Shown here: in pieces, positions 61,362-64,000 of the stretch
How positions within the stretch are numbered: the first letter of the stretch is position 1
Layout: each line of letters begins with the position of its first letter
Assembly: GCA_965209055.1 (NCBI GenBank)
Contig: OZ242374.1
Coordinates: 4,960,001 to 5,024,000, forward strand
Length of the DNA stretch: 64,000 nt
Direction: 5' to 3'
DNA from: Acidobacteriota bacterium
Lineage (GTDB): Bacteria; Acidobacteriota; UBA6911; RPQK01; JAJDTT01
Position numbers and translations under genes: made by a program
Notes under the pieces: generated by a model
Databases searched by the model: none
Seen by the model: only the letters and a program-made list of their open reading frames with translations
What the model was told of the DNA's origin: nothing

Positions 61362-63035
61362 TTACTTCCGCCTGAGCCACACCGCCATGCCGAACACCAG
61401 GGTCACCAACGGCATGAGGATGACGGTGGCCCAGAACATCAGAGTCGATTCTCTCCGGGTCAGATTGACTCTGCGGTTCTCCGGATCCCTGGACTGGACC
61501 GCCACCAGGTCCGTGTCCTCCGCCAGCCAACTGACGGTCATCCGAAGGAAATCCCCGTTGGCGGACGTGGTGGAGTAGGCATTGGTGGCGAAATCGGAAT
61601 CGCCCACCAGGACGATGCGCGACTCGCGTGATTCGGCATCACTCTCGCCGCCATCCTCCGCATGGGCGTGAGGATCCGGTTCAGGAGACGCCTCTCCGGC
61701 GCTGTCCTGGTCTACGCCCTCTGCGTGGTGGGACGACTCCTCTCCTTCCGGTTCGCCACCGGTCTGAACCGTCTTCACCGCCACGGCCGCCAGAGCCAGG
61801 GGCCCCTGGATGTCCTTGCCCTCATCGAATGCCGCCTCGTTGCCCTCCAGGTCCGTTTCTCCCCAACTTCTGGCAGACGTGGAGAAGAGCTTCGACGAGC
61901 TGTACCCCAGCGGGCTGTCGGTCGTCTTCACGCTCTGAGCCATGGGGAAAAAGGTCATGACACCGCGCAATTCATCCGTGATCGCGTGCGTTTCGTAACT
62001 GGAGACGATAGGCGCGGCCACTCCCAGGCCGAAGAGCTGACCGACTCCACTGGCGTCGATCACCACGTTCCCGTCCACGCCCAATCCGTACTCCCCCAAA
62101 AGGCCGTCCATGGAGAACCTGGTCCGGGGGTCCAGCATCAGAAGCAGTTTCCCTCCGCCCTCCAGGTATTCCCTCAAGAGCCCGACCTCATTGGGGAGAA
62201 AGCTCACCGTGGGACCGGCGGAGATGAGGACGGCGGGATCTTCGGGCAGATCATTCTCCTGCGCCAGATTGTAGCTATGGACCACGTAGTTCTGCCTCTC
62301 GATCGCCTCCTTGACCTGGGACAACCCTTCAGGGCCCGATTCCTCCAGGCTCCGCTCTCCGTGACCCGTCAGGAAGTAGACGATCTTCTGTCCCTCGCGT
62401 GTCACCTTGATGATGGCGTTGGTGATCTTGGCTTCGTCAAAGTCATCCACGATCTCGGTCCTGGCTCCGGCGGCCACGGCGATCTGGCCAAAGCGTTCCA
62501 CGTCGAACTGGGCCACGCGGCCCGGCTCTTTCTGCGGGTCCACCACTTCGTAGTTGACCCGGGTGGAGACGTAGCGGTACTGCTGCATCAACTCCTCGAA
62601 GGCTCCGGACTGGATCTCGTCCTGGAAAAAACCCACCACCTGGATCTCTCCTTCCAGGGCTTCGACCACCTTCCGGCTCTGGCTGGAAAGGGAGAAGAGC
62701 TGATTCTCCGTCAAGTCGATTCTCCGGTTGTGTCTCAGATTGAGGAAACTCAACAGGCACACGATGGCGACCACCAGCACCGTGGAAGCGCCCGCGGCGG
62801 CGCCGTGGCGACCCCGGCGGGAGGTCAAGCCTGACCGAAGCTGACCCAGGTTCAGGACGCCCCAGAGAATCAGCAGGCCGGCGCCTCCGTAGATCGCCGC
62901 CTGGGCCTTCCAGTCCCAGAGATTGTTGACTGAATAGTAGAAGTAGCCGCCGATCAGGCCTCCAGCGCCGGCGTAGATCAGGGTCTCGGAGGTGCCGAAA
63001 ACCGAGACCAGGGGCTGAATCAGTTTCTTGAGCAC
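61362..63035 (-). CDS. GldG-like ABC auxiliary component
   Basis: DLTENQLFSLS, YFLTGHGE, VGDSDF, N- and C-terminal TM segments. Confidence 0.88.
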   Translation of the reverse strand: MLKKLIQPLVSVFGTSETLIYAGAGGLIGGYFYYSVNNLWDWKAQAAIYGGAGLLILWGVLNLGQLRSGLTSRRGRHGAAAGASTVLVVAIVCLLSFLNLRHNRRIDLTENQLFSLSSQSRKVVEALEGEIQVVGFFQDEIQSGAFEELMQQYRYVSTRVNYEVVDPQKEPGRVAQFDVERFGQIAVAAGARTEIVDDFDEAKITNAIIKVTREGQKIVYFLTGHGERSLEESGPEGLSQVKEAIERQNYVVHSYNLAQENDLPEDPAVLISAGPTVSFLPNEVGLLREYLEGGGKLLLMLDPRTRFSMDGLLGEYGLGVDGNVVIDASGVGQLFGLGVAAPIVSSYETHAITDELRGVMTFFPMAQSVKTTDSPLGYSSSKLFSTSARSWGETDLEGNEAAFDEGKDIQGPLALAAVAVKTVQTGGEPEGEESSHHAEGVDQDSAGEASPEPDPHAHAEDGGESDAESRESRIVLVGDSDFATNAYSTTSANGDFLRMTVSWLAEDTDLVAVQSRDPENRRVNLTRRESTLMFWATVILMPLVTLVFGMAVWLRRK

Positions 63036-63036
63036 T

Positions 63037-63825
63037 TCAGGACCTCCATTTCGGGGAGTTCAGGGAAACCGAAGTCAGAAAGAGTCCCATGAAGATCAGC
63101 GACAGATAGAAGAACACGTGGCTGGTGTCCAGGACTCCCCTGGTGAAGTCTTCGTAGTGGTTCATGATGGAGAGGTAGCGCAAGACTTCGTTGCCCAGCG
63201 TCGATCCGGCGCCGGCCATCCAATCCACCACCCAAAGGATGAGGAAGAGACCGAAGGAGAGAATCCCTGCCACGATCTGGCTCTCGGTCAGTGAGGACGC
63301 GAAGATTCCCAGGCTCAGGAGCGAACCGCCCAGCAGGAAGGCTCCCAGAAATCCGTTGAGAACGGGACTCAAGGCCGGCAGCGGATCGCTGTAGAAATAA
63401 AGGAGGCACATGTTGAGGATGGTGGGAACCAGCATCACCAGGAGGAAGACCATGACCGCCGTGAACTTGCCCAGAATCAGTTGCAGGTGGGTCAGGGGCG
63501 AGGTGAAAAGCAGCTCCACGGTGCCCCGCTTCTTTTCTTCCGCGAAGACGCCCATGGTGATCAGGGGCATGAGGAAAAGAAATATGGTGCTGATGATGCT
63601 GAAGAAGCTGTTCATGATGACCGAGAACACATCCACCGGGGGCGGTGCGGACCCGAACTGCTGGGATTGGAGTCCCATCTGTTGGACCCTCTCGATGAAG
63701 GAGGTGGTGATTCCGAAGAAAAAGTAGCCCGAAACCGCGAAGAAGACGCCCAGAACGGCGTAGGCGATGGGACTGACGAAGAATCCGTACAGTTCCTTGC
63801 TGACGATGGCGAAATAGTTCCTCAC
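63037..63825 (-). CDS. GldF-like ABC-2 permease
   Basis: FVSPIAY, EEKKRGTVELLFTSP, six TM segments. Confidence 0.9.
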   Translation of the reverse strand: MRNYFAIVSKELYGFFVSPIAYAVLGVFFAVSGYFFFGITTSFIERVQQMGLQSQQFGSAPPPVDVFSVIMNSFFSIISTIFLFLMPLITMGVFAEEKKRGTVELLFTSPLTHLQLILGKFTAVMVFLLVMLVPTILNMCLLYFYSDPLPALSPVLNGFLGAFLLGGSLLSLGIFASSLTESQIVAGILSFGLFLILWVVDWMAGAGSTLGNEVLRYLSIMNHYEDFTRGVLDTSHVFFYLSLIFMGLFLTSVSLNSPKWRS

Positions 63826-64000
63826 GATGGCGCCTCCCCCTCCCGATCCGGATCGTCCCCTTCCCGGAGGGCGCTCTCCGCCGTTTCCTCCTCGGTGGTC
63901 AACTCCACGAAGACATCCTCAAGGCTGACGGAACGGACCTTCAACTCATAGAGATCGAGTCCATTCCGGATCACCTGGCGGGCCACCGCGTGGCGGATCT
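63822..64000 (-). CDS. ABC transporter ATP-binding protein, C-terminal end (partial)
   Basis: Minus frame reads ...LYELKVRSVSLEDVFVELTTEE...*; GTGA overlap with the permease. Confidence 0.8.
   Translation of the reverse strand, partial: IRHAVARQVIRNGLDLYELKVRSVSLEDVFVELTTEEETAESALREGDDPDREGEAPS

Noticed and set aside
58799-61375. 858-aa plus-strand ORF
   Set aside because: Antisense shadow of bshA and the DUF4340 gene

Overview
This is a high-GC bacterial chromosome segment. Gene content (bshA, LptD, Gld-like ABC system, PVC-type heme protein) suggests a Gram-negative Acidobacteriota-like host; that is an inference. 1-~8730 is the end of an integrative island: a type I R-M operon carrying a PrrC anticodon nuclease (hsdR-hsdS-prrC-hsdM), a hairpin-dense decayed region, and an intact P4-like tyrosine integrase with no adjacent tRNA. 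Core genes follow (selD fusion, bcp, leuA/C/D, HupE/UreJ, DsbA-like, MFS, ychF, PIG-L deacetylase, nitrilase). Next come four paralogous exported proteins with a hypervariable Gly-rich loop, and a RAYT (HUH) transposase bracketed by inverted tandem arrays and a 37-bp direct repeat. A sugar-acid oxidation cluster, phoBR-like pair, two beta-propeller hydrolases and tRNA-Glu follow. The best novel-system candidate is a tightly coupled 4-gene operon at 44126-52034: DrmA-like helicase, DrmB/DUF1998, a compact SF1 helicase and a 536-aa protein with a DarT/ART-like N-terminus, with no methylase or DrmC. The window ends with lptD, folK, lepB, dacB, a mycobacterial-type mazEF pair, bshA and a Gld-like ABC transporter. 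All family assignments are by eye from motifs; no searches were run.
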